Origin: Nemertoderma westbladi
Lineage: Eukaryota; Animalia; Xenacoelomorpha
Length of the DNA stretch: 64,000 nucleotides
Assembly (NCBI GenBank): GCA_032718475.1
Contig: JAUCBJ010004813.1
Coordinates: 37,016-101,015 of the forward strand
Reading direction: 5' to 3'
Part shown: in pieces, positions 28,968 through 41,108 of the stretch
Layout of the letters: every line of letters starts with the position of its first letter
How positions within the stretch are numbered: position 1 is the stretch's first letter
Made by a program: the position numbers and the translations under genes
Notes under the pieces: generated by a model
The model's database searches: none
Seen by the model: only the letters and a program-made list of their open reading frames with translations
Told to the model about the DNA's origin: nothing

Positions 28968-30226
28968 ACTAGAAAGGCATTTCCTAAAGGAAATGCAACC
29001 ACGAAGCTAAGGAAAATTAAACACTCTTTGACTCATCACTTCATTGCTTTACAGAGTTAAGAGGCATATGCCTTTAAAACTCATATTACCATGGCAACCT
29101 GAGTTTTCTAGAAATGCTGAGGTTTACATTAAGATCCGGTTTGTGGTTCCAGGTGACACATACTTCAATTCAGTTACATTGAGTAGTTAATGTGTAAAAC
29201 AAAGGATTTAATTGTTAAAACGTCTGTTTGTAGTGGTTGTCATGGAAACTGAAAAATGCGACAATTTAAATTGGATGCGGAATTAGTGATATAGTGGGGG
29301 TAGGGATTGGTCCCAAGTCGTAATACCTTAAATTTATGCTTCAAATAACCATTTTATAAATTTGAACATCTGTTTAGCATGGTTGCCCTGGTAACTGGAT
29401 TTTCTAATTAACCTCAATCAGCTCGACTATTGTTCTTATCATTGAGTTGAGAAACCCCAAGTTTATATCTATTGCGGTTATTCTATAAATAGAGTTATGA
29501 ATATAGACTTGAATGATATAATCTGTAATAAACTCCAGTTACCATGGTAACTAGATATTTCTGGAATGTTTTGAGTTTTACTAAAAGTTCGAACTAGTGG
29601 TCCAGATAACACATAACCAGTTTCGTAAAATTTTATCGCGAAGTCTACGTCCAAATGAGTAATTTTTGTATTAAAACATCTGTTTTCAGCGGTTGTCATG
29701 GAAACTACAAAATAGAACAATGAAATTTGGACGCAGAATAAGTTATATAGTGGGGGTAGGGGTTGGTCCCAAGTCATAACACCTTAACCTTAGGCTTCAA
29801 ATTAACATTTTATAAATTTTAACATCTGTTTAGCCCGGTTGCCAAAGTAACTGGATTTTATATTTAGCCTCAATCGGATCTGCTATGGACATTATAGTTG
29901 AGTTGAGAAACCCCAAGTTTATATGTATTATAGTTTTCCTACAAATAGAGTTATAAATATTGACTTGAAATACATAGACTTTTTTCTAAGTCCGTTGGCA
30001 TGGAAACCAGATTTTTCCTGGATATGAGACCCGGCCCAAAAGATGCGCCTCGACGAGTAGTATATACATGCAAAATTTCAGGGTACTTTTAAAGGCTAGT
30101 TTTTTCCGGAATCAAAAAAAACCAAATCTGCCTCACACAAGTAAAATAGCCCACTATGAATAGACCATCTCAGCCAAGGAAAATCTTTCTTAGCGAAAGT
30201 AGTTGATTTTCCTTAGCTTCGTGGAT
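28968..30226 (-). mobile_element. HINE/DINE-1-like element, copy 2 (head-to-tail with copy 1)
   Basis: Highly similar to 27691-28953, separated from it by ~14 bp. Confidence 0.7.
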
Positions 30227-31219
30227 CTTGAAACATGGTAACAATGGTTTATGTTATAAAAATGTAGTGTTATACGGAACTGTGACCCAAAGTAGTACCC
30301 AACTCAAAATTTGGTATATATAAATATTATTATATCGTACTTTTGAAATATGGAACACAGGAACATGCAGTAAAATCCACACTCATATACTTTGCTAAGC
30401 TACTTCTGTACTTTTTCTGTACTATCCCTATTGTGTATCCTCTAACATGTTCTAGAACATGTTCATAAAAATAAATGGCAAAAACTAGCTCGTAAAAAAA
30501 ATTTGAGGGGGAGGTGTACCTATAACACACTAGTTGCCAATGTTATAATCGCTGAAATTTTTAATCTATAATAATTATGTTAACACTCAAACATGTCAGG
30601 TTTAGGATATAAATATCAGCCCAATTTCGATTCTTAACCTTGTCTAAAGTTACAGAAAGGCCACGCTAATAAAATAAACATAATTTATCTAACTTTCCTG
30701 CATATTCTTGTAACTAATGGTATAATTAAAGGCGATTGAAATCGCAACACTAAACTTTAATGCCGTCTCCATAGCAACAGGATCTAAAAATCAGTCGAAA
30801 AAGATTGTCATTATTTCGTAAATGAACTAAATTGACTTTGTAGAAGATTTTAATCCATTATGACATGCTGTATTGCAGTTGCTATGCCTTAAAGTAGGGT
30901 TATGTGGTCCTTAGCAACTGGGTTGTTATTTCAAAATGCCCAAAGTCAAAAATATTATAATCGCCATTTCCTCATTAAGTGGGACCTATAGAACTCAAAA
31001 CATCAAAAAAATTTAATCCGTCCAAAAAATTTTCGGTATACCATTGTGGCTGCCGGACTAGTTTGGTTATCTTACAAGTTAGAACAATGGAGAAATCTCA
31101 AGATGTGTTCTAGAAGTTTATTGTTTCTGTTATTGATTACTTTACAGCGTTAGGAGGATACCATCAGAGCGCCGATAAGTTGATATATAATGCAACAAAA
31201 TATGTTTTAGTAAAGAGAT

Positions 31220-32229
31220 TCTAGGATCGGCATGCTGCATTGCAGCTGCATTTTTAAGAATGCTGTGCCGGCTTGTCAACAAAATTGCACCGCCACAACT
31301 CCCTATCACCCATGACATTTGCTAGATCATCCGCATCTTTAAGGCCAGTGTCCTTTAAGATGCGTCTCAAGAAAGTCATGGGCTGTCCACCATGCTTATT
31401 CACTCCATGAGGCTGCCAAAGTACAAGATTATGCACTGGCTGGTCCTCACGGCGAAAGCAATGTCCTGCAAAGCGGAGGCGATTTTGTTCTAGTGTCAAG
31501 CTTGGGGGAACCAATGAGACACCTCCAATGTTATATAGTGTCTGGTTGGAGATGTGTGCATTGTACTTGACACAATGAACCCGGCGTAGCATTCTTGTGA
31601 ATGTGCCATCCAGAGATTTGGTGTCCTCAGCAGTTAGAGCCCAGCATGGACTCCCATAGAGGAGTACTGGAACTACTGCTGCTCTAAATAATCGGAACTT
31701 AAGTTTCCGATTAATTCTCGGTGACTTCCAAATCCTGGAAAGCCTATTCAAGGCTGCCCATGCCTTTCCCTTACGTATTCGAAGGTCCTCACCTGACTTC
31801 CGGATCCATGATCCCAGGTAACAGAAGTCGTCCACATGCTCAAGCATACCATCATTTGATCTTATGCTCATCCAATCAGAGACTTGCTGAGGACTTTCAA
31901 AGTTAACTGTCAGAATTTTGGTCTTTCTGGAGTTAATAAAAAGACCAACACTAGAAGCAGCATGTTCTAATGAGCTGAGGAGCCGTTGGGCTCCCTCTAA
32001 TGATTCTGAGAGTACTCCTAAGTCATCAGCAAAGTCTAGATCAGTTAGGTACTTGGCAGGATTTCCTCGACTTCTGGAGCCAGTAGGTGGAGTTATCATC
32101 ACCCCATCATCATTATGATGATCTAAGGACATGCGTAGAACATAGTCAACCACAATAATGAACAAGAATGGTGCAAGTGTGTCTCCTTGGAGGACGTCCC
32201 ATAACACTTCAAATGTTTCTGTGTCACCG
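31220..32229 (-). mobile_element. 5'-truncated RTE-clade LINE (RT C-terminal part, ORF 31254-32207)
   Basis: VLQGDTLAPFLF, LDFADDL, FCYLGS, RLRFAGH motifs; 12-bp TSD TAGTAAAGAGAT (31208-31219; 32230-32241). Confidence 0.92.
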
Positions 32230-32297
32230 TAGTAAAGAGATACAAACAGGTAATAGTTAGTTAGTTAAACCTAAAAGTATAAGTGGAGCTGATTGAG

Positions 32298-34718
32298 TTA
32301 GAATTTAATATAAACCAAACAGTTACGGACAGTTTCGTAAACAAATAATCCTTTATTGGTTCCAACAGCCAACCCACCGAACCCGTCTACCGGCACCGCA
32401 CCCAATCGGGATACTTTCCATCCATCATCAACCAGACGATAAACACCGACATATTGTTTATAATATTCTTCTAAAGGAACTAAGTGATACCATCCGCCTT
32501 GGTACAGCCACTCCACTCCCCCGATAGGGACGGATTTACCGCAATCTATAACTGATCGCGTTATACCCAATAGGAGGGTAACGTTGTTGGGGTTGGAGCC
32601 GCGAACGTTATAGTCGCAGACGGATATCTTCCGTTCGTCGGGTTGGAACAGAATGGCGGTTATTGAGTTGGAGCTGGAGCCGTACCAACCGGTACCAAGA
32701 AGTCTCCCGGGTTCATCGACACGGGAAATCCAAATAATCGAACAATCGTTTGGGTTAAATCGAATAATGTAATTATATTCAGTAATTACATATACATAAC
32801 GATCCCAATACCGTGACAACCCAGTTATAGATCCTAGAGGTTTACGACCGAGGTGTCTCTCGTTACCCAGACAACGATGTCGGACTTTCTCTCCAACCGC
32901 CTCTGTATCTATAAGAAACAGACAAACATCCGTCGCGGCGATCCAGAATGTATCGCTGCGACTCTCCAAGAATATAATCGGTTTCTTTGCGGCGTTGCAG
33001 TCGCTTTTGACCCCAAGTGGTTCTCCACGTGGAGATAAAGAATCGTCGGTGTTGACGTTATAGAAACAAATCCTGTCGGTTACGGAGTCGGTTATCCCCA
33101 GGATCCTCCCGCCACAACCAATCGGGCCGACTTTACCGATTCCCATTCTCCGACAATCGACCCGACAAGTTTCCTTTAGAGTTGGATTTTTTAGTAAAAC
33201 TTTCTCATATTGGAGGAGATCAAATCGCCTCTCCATTTCAACCCTCACTGGATCCCCCACATTCTTCAGCTTCCCTGCATCCTCCACTTGCTCTACCTCC
33301 ACTGGATCCCCCGCCTTCACCAGACCCACTGGATCCTCTACCTCCATTGGATCACCCACCTTCACCAGACCCACTGGATCCCCCGCCTTCATCAGACCCA
33401 CTGGATCCCCCGCCTTTACCAGACCCACTGGATCCTCTACTTCCACTGGATCACCCACCTTCACCAGACCCACTGGATCACGCACCTTCACCAGACGCAC
33501 TGGATCCCTCGCCTTCACCACACCCACTGGATCCTCCACCGGATCCCCCACCTTCCTAAGCCCCACTGGATCCCCCACCTTCCCCAGCCCCCCTGGATCC
33601 CCCACCTTTTCCATCTCCTCTGGATCCCTCCTCTTCTCTCCTAAATCCCCTTTATTTACAACACAAACACGACTGATAAACCCTCCCAACCCCTTTGGTA
33701 ACTCGACTGGAACGAAACGTACTTCCGGCACCGCAACAAGTTCAACCTCAGAGATCCGCTGCTCGATTTCTTTGTATTTCTTTAGGATCTTCTTGTCTTC
33801 CGGTATTTCTTTGATCAACTCGGAATTCTTTATCTTCTTATAATATTCGTTCTCTTCAGGAATTCCAATATAAGCGAGATTTTCTTTTGCTGCGGATATT
33901 TTACCCGCCGTTTCGGTTTTTAGATCCCCAATCTCCTTCATCATCGCATCTTCAGCCGCCTTTAATTCGTTGTATAAACATTGGAAGTGTTTGCGGACGT
34001 CGTCGGTGGAAACTTCAGTGACGTCGTCTAAATCCTCCAGAATTCCTTCCAACACTGTTAGTTTATTATCCAATCGCGACCTCAACTTCCACGGACCGTC
34101 TACTAAGTTTCCTCGGATTGTTTGACAGACTTCGTTTGAATACAAAATCTCGTGATCTTTAGAAACACCGTCAACTGAATGGCATTGACGGCATACAAGA
34201 GATTCGCATTTCTCGCAATAATGGCGTTTGTTTAGACCGTGGATACCACACAGATCCGGATCCGGTTCATTAGATCCACCAACTGCTCCTTGTTTTTCCA
34301 GGTCGATGTCGTCAAAGCTGCATCCCGCCTGTCCACCCGCTGGTGCCGAATCAGTTTGGTTAATATCACCACAGACATGGAAGAGTTCACACTGTCTGCA
34401 CAATTCTGTCCTGCAATCTTTACTGGGATTCGTTCCTTTATTTTTTCGACATCCCTCACATATTTTATCTTTGCGAATCAAATCGATCATTGAAGATATA
34501 ATATGATTGACGACCGGCAACGATTCGAGTTTCTTCACCTCGGTGGGATTCCGACACCGCGGACATTCTATCGACAGTCCATCACCGAGTTGTTTAGAAA
34601 CTTTAGCGATACATTTGAAGCAAAACGAGTGAGAACACTTCAACACTCGCGGCTTCTCCAATAATCGTAGACAAATAGAACATTCCAACTCTCGTTCCAG
34701 TAATTGTTCCTGTTCCAT
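32298..34718 (-). CDS. Intronless TRIM/RBCC protein (RING, B-boxes, coiled coil, 9-aa repeats, probable beta-propeller-like C-terminus), 806 aa
   Basis: RING CSICLRLLEKPRVLKCSHSFCFKC...CPRC; degenerate B-box1; B-box2 CGIH...YCEKCESLVCRQCH...H; helical region. The C-terminal fold is inferred from beta-rich pattern only. Confidence 0.88.
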   Translation of the reverse strand: MEQEQLLERELECSICLRLLEKPRVLKCSHSFCFKCIAKVSKQLGDGLSIECPRCRNPTEVKKLESLPVVNHIISSMIDLIRKDKICEGCRKNKGTNPSKDCRTELCRQCELFHVCGDINQTDSAPAGGQAGCSFDDIDLEKQGAVGGSNEPDPDLCGIHGLNKRHYCEKCESLVCRQCHSVDGVSKDHEILYSNEVCQTIRGNLVDGPWKLRSRLDNKLTVLEGILEDLDDVTEVSTDDVRKHFQCLYNELKAAEDAMMKEIGDLKTETAGKISAAKENLAYIGIPEENEYYKKIKNSELIKEIPEDKKILKKYKEIEQRISEVELVAVPEVRFVPVELPKGLGGFISRVCVVNKGDLGEKRRDPEEMEKVGDPGGLGKVGDPVGLRKVGDPVEDPVGVVKARDPVRLVKVRDPVGLVKVGDPVEVEDPVGLVKAGDPVGLMKAGDPVGLVKVGDPMEVEDPVGLVKAGDPVEVEQVEDAGKLKNVGDPVRVEMERRFDLLQYEKVLLKNPTLKETCRVDCRRMGIGKVGPIGCGGRILGITDSVTDRICFYNVNTDDSLSPRGEPLGVKSDCNAAKKPIIFLESRSDTFWIAATDVCLFLIDTEAVGEKVRHRCLGNERHLGRKPLGSITGLSRYWDRYVYVITEYNYIIRFNPNDCSIIWISRVDEPGRLLGTGWYGSSSNSITAILFQPDERKISVCDYNVRGSNPNNVTLLLGITRSVIDCGKSVPIGGVEWLYQGGWYHLVPLEEYYKQYVGVYRLVDDGWKVSRLGAVPVDGFGGLAVGTNKGLFVYETVRNCLVYIKF
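33245..33630 (-). repeat. 27-nt coding repeat (DPVGLVKVG) in the TRIM gene
   Basis: Repeated CACTGGATCCCCC.CCTTCACCAGACC on the + strand, with shorter DPVEVE units interspersed. Confidence 0.9.
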
Positions 34719-36859
34719 TATCAGACCAGATAGTAGGCCTACTGCTGAGTACTGATTTTGATTAGCTCACTGTCTGTGTTGTGTTGTACTGCTGTACTGA
34801 CTGTTGTGCTGTGTGGGTTGATTGATTGATTTTTATACATACTACACGCACATTACTGCTGTACTGCAGTAACTGCATTACTGAATAGGCCTATATATTA
34901 TTATTATTATTATTAGCGCTCTTTAATGGTAAATATACAACAATTTATACAAACAAATAAAACACGTTAGAGGGAGACCACCACTAGGCACTTACAGTGT
35001 AGGTTTAAAGTTCACTATACATACAGTAGATTTATGAGTATACATACAGTAGGATGGGTATATCTTTTGCGTAGAGGTATAGCCTACATAGAGGCTTCAT
35101 GTAGGTATGTGTAGCCTACATGTAGATGCACGTGTAGGGTGAATGTAGGTAGGTGTAGTCCCATAGATACAGTCCAGCTCACCAACAGAGTGCCATCGGA
35201 TCCGATCTGAACCGATCGGATCCAACAGCTTCAAACACTTTCAGACAAACTCCAACAGTCCAACAACTTCAAACAGATTCAGACAGTTTCAAACAGATTC
35301 AGACAGTTTCAAACAGAATCAGACAACTTCCAACAACCTGTCAATCACTCCACCCACACTCAACCGCAACCCCAACTCAACTCCCATCTTCTTGCGCGCA
35401 GATAGAATGAAAGCGTTTGAAACTACTAAAAGGAACTCCATTCATAAAGCCACAATAACGACAGAGTGGACTGGCCACTGGCGGCGCCCTTGAACATTCA
35501 CACTGTAACTTAAGCTGACCTGAAGGAACAGCCCATTAGTGAGGTCGGTCTCGGTATTACTCTTTATTCCTGCCGCTATCTTTGAATAACACAATAGCAG
35601 AAAGCTAACCAGTGGTCTACCCCCAATACAAGAAAGACAAGTTGGCTACCATTGAAATGAATGGGGAATATAATTCTGTGTTCACATACTAATGTTGCTT
35701 TGGGTTGGTCTAGAGCCATACAATAGAGCTTTACGGAAATACACTTCCAAAGAGCCAAGCAGTGGCGGTATAGGTCCAAAATGCCCATGTAGAATTTCTT
35801 CGAATAAGGCTCAATTTCTTTAAGTTACATTAATTAAAATACTGATAAATATATTTTGCTTTTCGCAGGAGGGACAGTATCCCCCTCTACAGTTAATATA
35901 GTGTACGTACATGTGTTAGTTATATCGTTGCGTTTATTTATATTTATACAGGTTTGGATGTGATCTCTACTAGTTTGATTTTTGTTTTTTCAATTAATTA
36001 ATTGTGCGGTTAATTTGTCAATCACAGCCTTAATTGGCTACATTGCTTATTGTATGAATGAATATAATTAGTTATTAAGACATTATTTTAAGTAGTATCT
36101 GGTGTGATTAGGTCTACAGTATTACAGTAAACATACTCAAGATTTTAATTCCCATTTTTATTAGTTTTTCATACTCTGAATAATATTTGTAGGCCTGCCA
36201 TTAACCCCTTCTTGGCTGGAGCGTACTAACAATCTCCCATATGCGCCACGACCTACAGTTTACCGTACATGGTACGCTACTATTTATTAATGGCTTTATG
36301 GGTGCGCTACAATTCCAGGTCTAATCTGGCTATCTAATCAGTATTACATTAGGCCTACAGCGTACCTAAATGGTAATGTGGGGCGAGACACGTAGTCGGC
36401 GAGCCTTTGGCATACGGTTCATATACTGTACATAACTGTATATAGGGTAAATATGGGGCATGACCGTCTGTTCGTCTGTCTGGTAAATGTTTGAACGCGA
36501 ATTTCTCTTCATCGCTGGTTCGGAATTGAACCATACTTAGTAGGTAAGTAGTAGAGGGAAGTTTAGAAAATTGTTTAGAAAAATCATGCAGTCTGACATC
36601 AGCTACGACAGATATTATGTGGTTTTTAGAAAATGTTAAATTTCTCGGGAACCCCTCATTTTCCAGAGCTAAAATTTTGGTTGCTTGTGGAAAATCATAA
36701 AGTCTATCTTTTACGAAATTGAAACGCTAAGACATGTAATTGGGGATCCGCTAGAGACTCCGAAGTAATGACGTAGGCCGACCTGTCAAGGTGGTTACGA
36801 ATCAACCGGCTATCACTGAACAAAAGAAAAACATATTATTTAATATTTAATGTATCAAA

Positions 36860-37693
36860 TAGATCAATCCAAATTGGCAATCAATCCCTTTTTATTGATT
36901 CAAAAACTATCGAAAGAGTTAAAGTGGCAAAAGTATTAGGAGTACTTATCGATGACCGATTGAATTGGAAACCTCACCTACTTAAAATTCACCATCAGCA
37001 TTAATAGCCTTATACAACACACTTGTCCTACCGTACTTAAATTACTGCATTGCTGTATGCGGGGTCACTCATCTTATAGTGCTAATGATACCACCTCTCC
37101 AACTAATTCGAATTCCTCAAGAAAGTTTAAAAGGAAAAATAGAAAGTCACATTGCAAAGATGAAAAAAGTTAAATAACAATAAATAATCTACAGAAAAAT
37201 CAAAGTAGCGTCCAAAAATTAATAAAAAAGCGATCGCCCGGGTTTTATCCATTAGAGTAAAATCACTTTACATCACTCAAGTTGCAACGCTCTCGCACAA
37301 ATATAAATATGGTACCCCCTAATATATTACCCTCACTTCTAACAGAAGCCGCTAGTGTGCATAGCCATGGAACTCGTTTTTCCCGACTTCAAAAATTCCG
37401 TCATCACTCATACGCGATTAAAGTTGAGACAACAATCAATTAGGTGCTCTAGGCCTACACAAGTAGTTTGGAACTCGATTCCCACGGAAGTTCGGCAAAC
37501 TTTCAGTCACATTGCTTTTAAAAATATTTTAATTATATGGCTAAAATCCAGCCCAATCAAATCATATCTTAAAATTGTGTATTGTAGGCTACTGTTGCAT
37601 GTAATAGTTTCAGTTTTACCATTTGCTATGGTGGCCATATTAATGTGATTACCTGTTTGGCCACCAACTATACAGGAAATGTGTTGTAAATAA
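36860..37693 (+). mobile_element. Degraded CR1/L2-group LINE 3' end
   Basis: Remnant peptides KVLGVLIDDRLNWKPH, LYNTLVLPYLNYC and VWNSIPTEVRQ. Frameshifted. Confidence 0.7.
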
Positions 37694-38891
37694 TGTAAAA
37701 GCTTTTGTGGGATAACTGATTCATTTGCTTTGCTAACCAGTTCCCCCCAGTCGCTGAATACTCTAAAAAGGGATATCCAGCTAGAATAATGCAAGCTACC
37801 GGCTGATTGGCTAATTTGCTGTGCGAAGGGATCTGGGTTCTGTTCGATCGGCCAACCAGCTTAGGGAGGTTGCCTCAGCCCTGCTGTCCGCATCGGCCAA
37901 TAGAATTTGAGTGGGCGTTGATTTTGACCTATCCCAGAGCTACTGAACTGAATTTTCCTATCTCACTGCTCATCCTCTGTGTTGGACGGGAGCTTCGGGG
38001 AATAAGGGTAGTTGGTATCCTCGTATAGTCAAGTAGTCATATGATTCTTTATATGATTCTGTTGTTGTGTTCCCATTTTTCGCCATAACACCGGCTTTTG
38101 GAACAACTCTAGTAAAACTGCTTAAATTATCGAAAGTATAACTGTTATCTAATCAATCAATCAACTAATCTAACTGATCTAATTAACTCACTATTAATCA
38201 TATTGTTTGTACTGTTATGTACCGTCAGTTATTAATTGTATCTATTTGTTGATGAAATATTGCCCTTTGGAGAATACTGATAAATCACCCAAAATTCCCA
38301 ATTTTCTTGATACACTACAGGTTAGAGAGACCGGCTATATATAACAATTGCGATTTATATCAATGTGGTGTGTATTGAATCTAATGTTATTTAGCAGACC
38401 CTACATGAGTCAATTGCTGCTCTCTTTATGTGTGATCAAATTTACTGACGGTCGGCAGAATAGTGTGCATGATTGTGATTGGTAATAAAGCATTTCCTAA
38501 AGAATGCGCCTTATACTTTAATCATAAGCAGTATCGTTGCGTTTAGTATAAGTCCTAGCTCTGTTTAAATAGATAGAGCGCCACGTCCTAAAGGAACTGT
38601 TAATATTTCCCGAAAGCCAATAATATCTGTCAGAAATTAATTATTAACGATCAATCGAATAATACAGTAGGTTTACACTGCAACCTTACACTGCAATAAT
38701 AATAATTTAAGCATCCGAATTCAGCCTCCCGGGTGTAGATCCATCGGGTGAATGATCGCGCATGGGCTGGCTTCGGTAATGTTTTGTTTATTAGCATAAA
38801 ATATTGTCGTATGCTAAAGGTGTTTTAATCAACTAAAAGACATATAAATTTTGGCAGGTTAAACTGCCAAAGGTCTTCAAAAGCGCGAACA
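37694..38891 (+). repeat. 5' LTR of copy 2 (1198 bp)
   Basis: TG...CA; differs from the 3' LTR by about 4 substitutions and 2 indels seen by eye. Confidence 0.96.
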
Positions 38892-38902
38892 ATAACAGTT
38901 AT
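38892..38902 (+). promoter_or_regulatory. Non-tRNA PBS ATAACAGTTAT
   Basis: Abuts the LTR end; complementary to ATAACTGTTAT at 38138-38148. Confidence 0.75.
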
Positions 38903-41108
38903 CTATCTTATTGCAGTAAGCAATAAGGTTGCAAAATACCGTAGTGACCGGTAAATCTGAACCGGTACTTCTGTAGGTCAGTAGGCCCAACTGCCAGAAC
39001 CGGTACTTCTGTAGGTCAGTAGGCCCAACTGCCAGAACCGGTACTGCTGTATAAGTACATTAGTGTTATTCGATTTTGATTATTGTATACCGGTAGGTCT
39101 TGGTACTTAATCAGGGAACGGCCGCCCTGATTTTTTATTTGAGATTCTACTTATTTCTGTCGGTTTTATTTACTAGTAGGCTAATATTGAGCAGAAGGCG
39201 TGTGACCCTGCTCAAATTGTACAAATAATTGTAGGCTTGACTGTTGTCTGGCTGTGTTGAGTCTGGAGAGACTGCGGCGTGTGTAGAGTTTGTCTGATAA
39301 AGTGCCGTTAGTAAGTTGGGGCAGCCATATGCTGTAAGGTCAATCCCCTCTTAAAGAATAAGTCGTACTACCGTGTTAGAACGCATACTAACTAACTGTT
39401 TCAGAATCTGCATATACTGTAGTTTATTTAGGCTTGATCGTAGTCTGCCAGCGTTTTAGCCTGTGTTTGTTTGTGTGGTCTGTTCAGGTACCGTAATAGT
39501 TATTACTCAGATATTTTGTAGGCTGGATTGTTGTCTAGCTATTATTAGGTCTGAAGAGATTGCTGTGTGTGTGGAGTTTGTCTGATAAAGTGCTGTTAGT
39601 AAGTTGGGGCAGCCATATGCTGTAAGGTCAATCCCCTCTTAAAGAATAAGTCGTACTACCGTGTTAGAACGCATACTAACTAACCATTTCAGAATCTACA
39701 CGTACGGTAGTTTATTTAGGCTTGGTGGTAGTCGGCCAGCGTTTGGTTTGTATTTTGTTTGAGTATTCTGTACGGGTAGCGTAATATTTATTATTCAGAG
39801 TTTATGCGATTATTCGCAACATTCATGTCCCCAAGTTTATCCCTACAGTAATTGTGCTTGTTATACATACCGTTATAGTTAAATTAACCCCGGTACTACA
39901 CGGGGGGCTTGGCGTAGGACAAGACTGGTGACATTGTGCCCTGGTCACTCCAGCAGATGCCGTGGTTCTTTTAACTGTTCAAGTATATTTAACTACTGAT
40001 TATTTGTTATACCGGTACTTGTACCTAATTTAGGGTTTAGTGTACAGTGCTTTCCGAAGTAATTAGTGTGTAGGCAGTATATTTGTGTTGTAAAGTGGTT
40101 GATAGGCACATTCGTTAGCTCTATTAACTTCTGGGTGGGAACAATCCGTGATACATAACGTAGTACCTATAGCGATACGGTTATAGGTCGTCAGGCGGTG
40201 GTATTTTTCCTATCTGGACAACGCAGTATATTTACTACTACTTATTATTTCAAATACCGTAGTACCCTGTCTGTTGTAATAACCAGAATTCTAACCCTTT
40301 GTTAGGCTGGTTTGTAGACTTCCTGTAAAATTACCCTAAAAATTCGTACGTAATATTTTTTGTTGTGTTTAATTAGAGAATTAATCTCACCCATATCGTA
40401 AGTAATTTGTAGTATTAAGTAACTTAGGTAAATTAGAATTATCAGTTTTAGTGTCAAATAAATAGCACTTCACTGAGAGCACACAGCTTCGGTGTAGTGA
40501 CCCCAGAAATAATAACATTTATTTCAAATATTGACAAAACCCTTTTAAACGGGTATATATCTATTATAAATCAACTCAAACGATTTATAAATAGTAGGCC
40601 TGCCATACAACAACTAGGTCTCAATATCAGTTGGACTACTGCTTAAATAACGGTAATAAAGTAAGTTAAAGTAACCAAGTAACCCTAAAATATTCAGAAA
40701 TTCAATTATTCTAAAAATAATTGACATACCGGTATTTACCATAGGCTTATTATATTTATTTCTATAAATTTGAGCTGAAATCATACCGGTACTCTGTAAT
40801 TAATTCTAGTTCATAATTATACTTATATATACTATAAGTGTAAGCTGTATACCGGTATTCACTATAGGCCTATTATATATTTATATATATTTGTGCTAAA
40901 ATTATATACCGGTACTCTGTGATAAATCTAGTCTGTAATAATACTTATATATATTATAAGCATACCGGTATTCTAATATATTATATATATATCACGTTAC
41001 GCCGAGTAACGGTATCGGTAATAAATCGCTAGGCTTGCGGTCATACTGAATTACCAGACTTGCTTTAACTGAAACTATAGTAGTAGACATTCAACTGTAT
41101 AGCTAAAC

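Noticed and set aside
35868-35908. Possible upstream exon (GGTVSPSTVNIVY) of the trypsin-like gene
   Set aside because: Good acceptor, but too short with a weak donor, and no linking exon was found; unsupported without RNA data.
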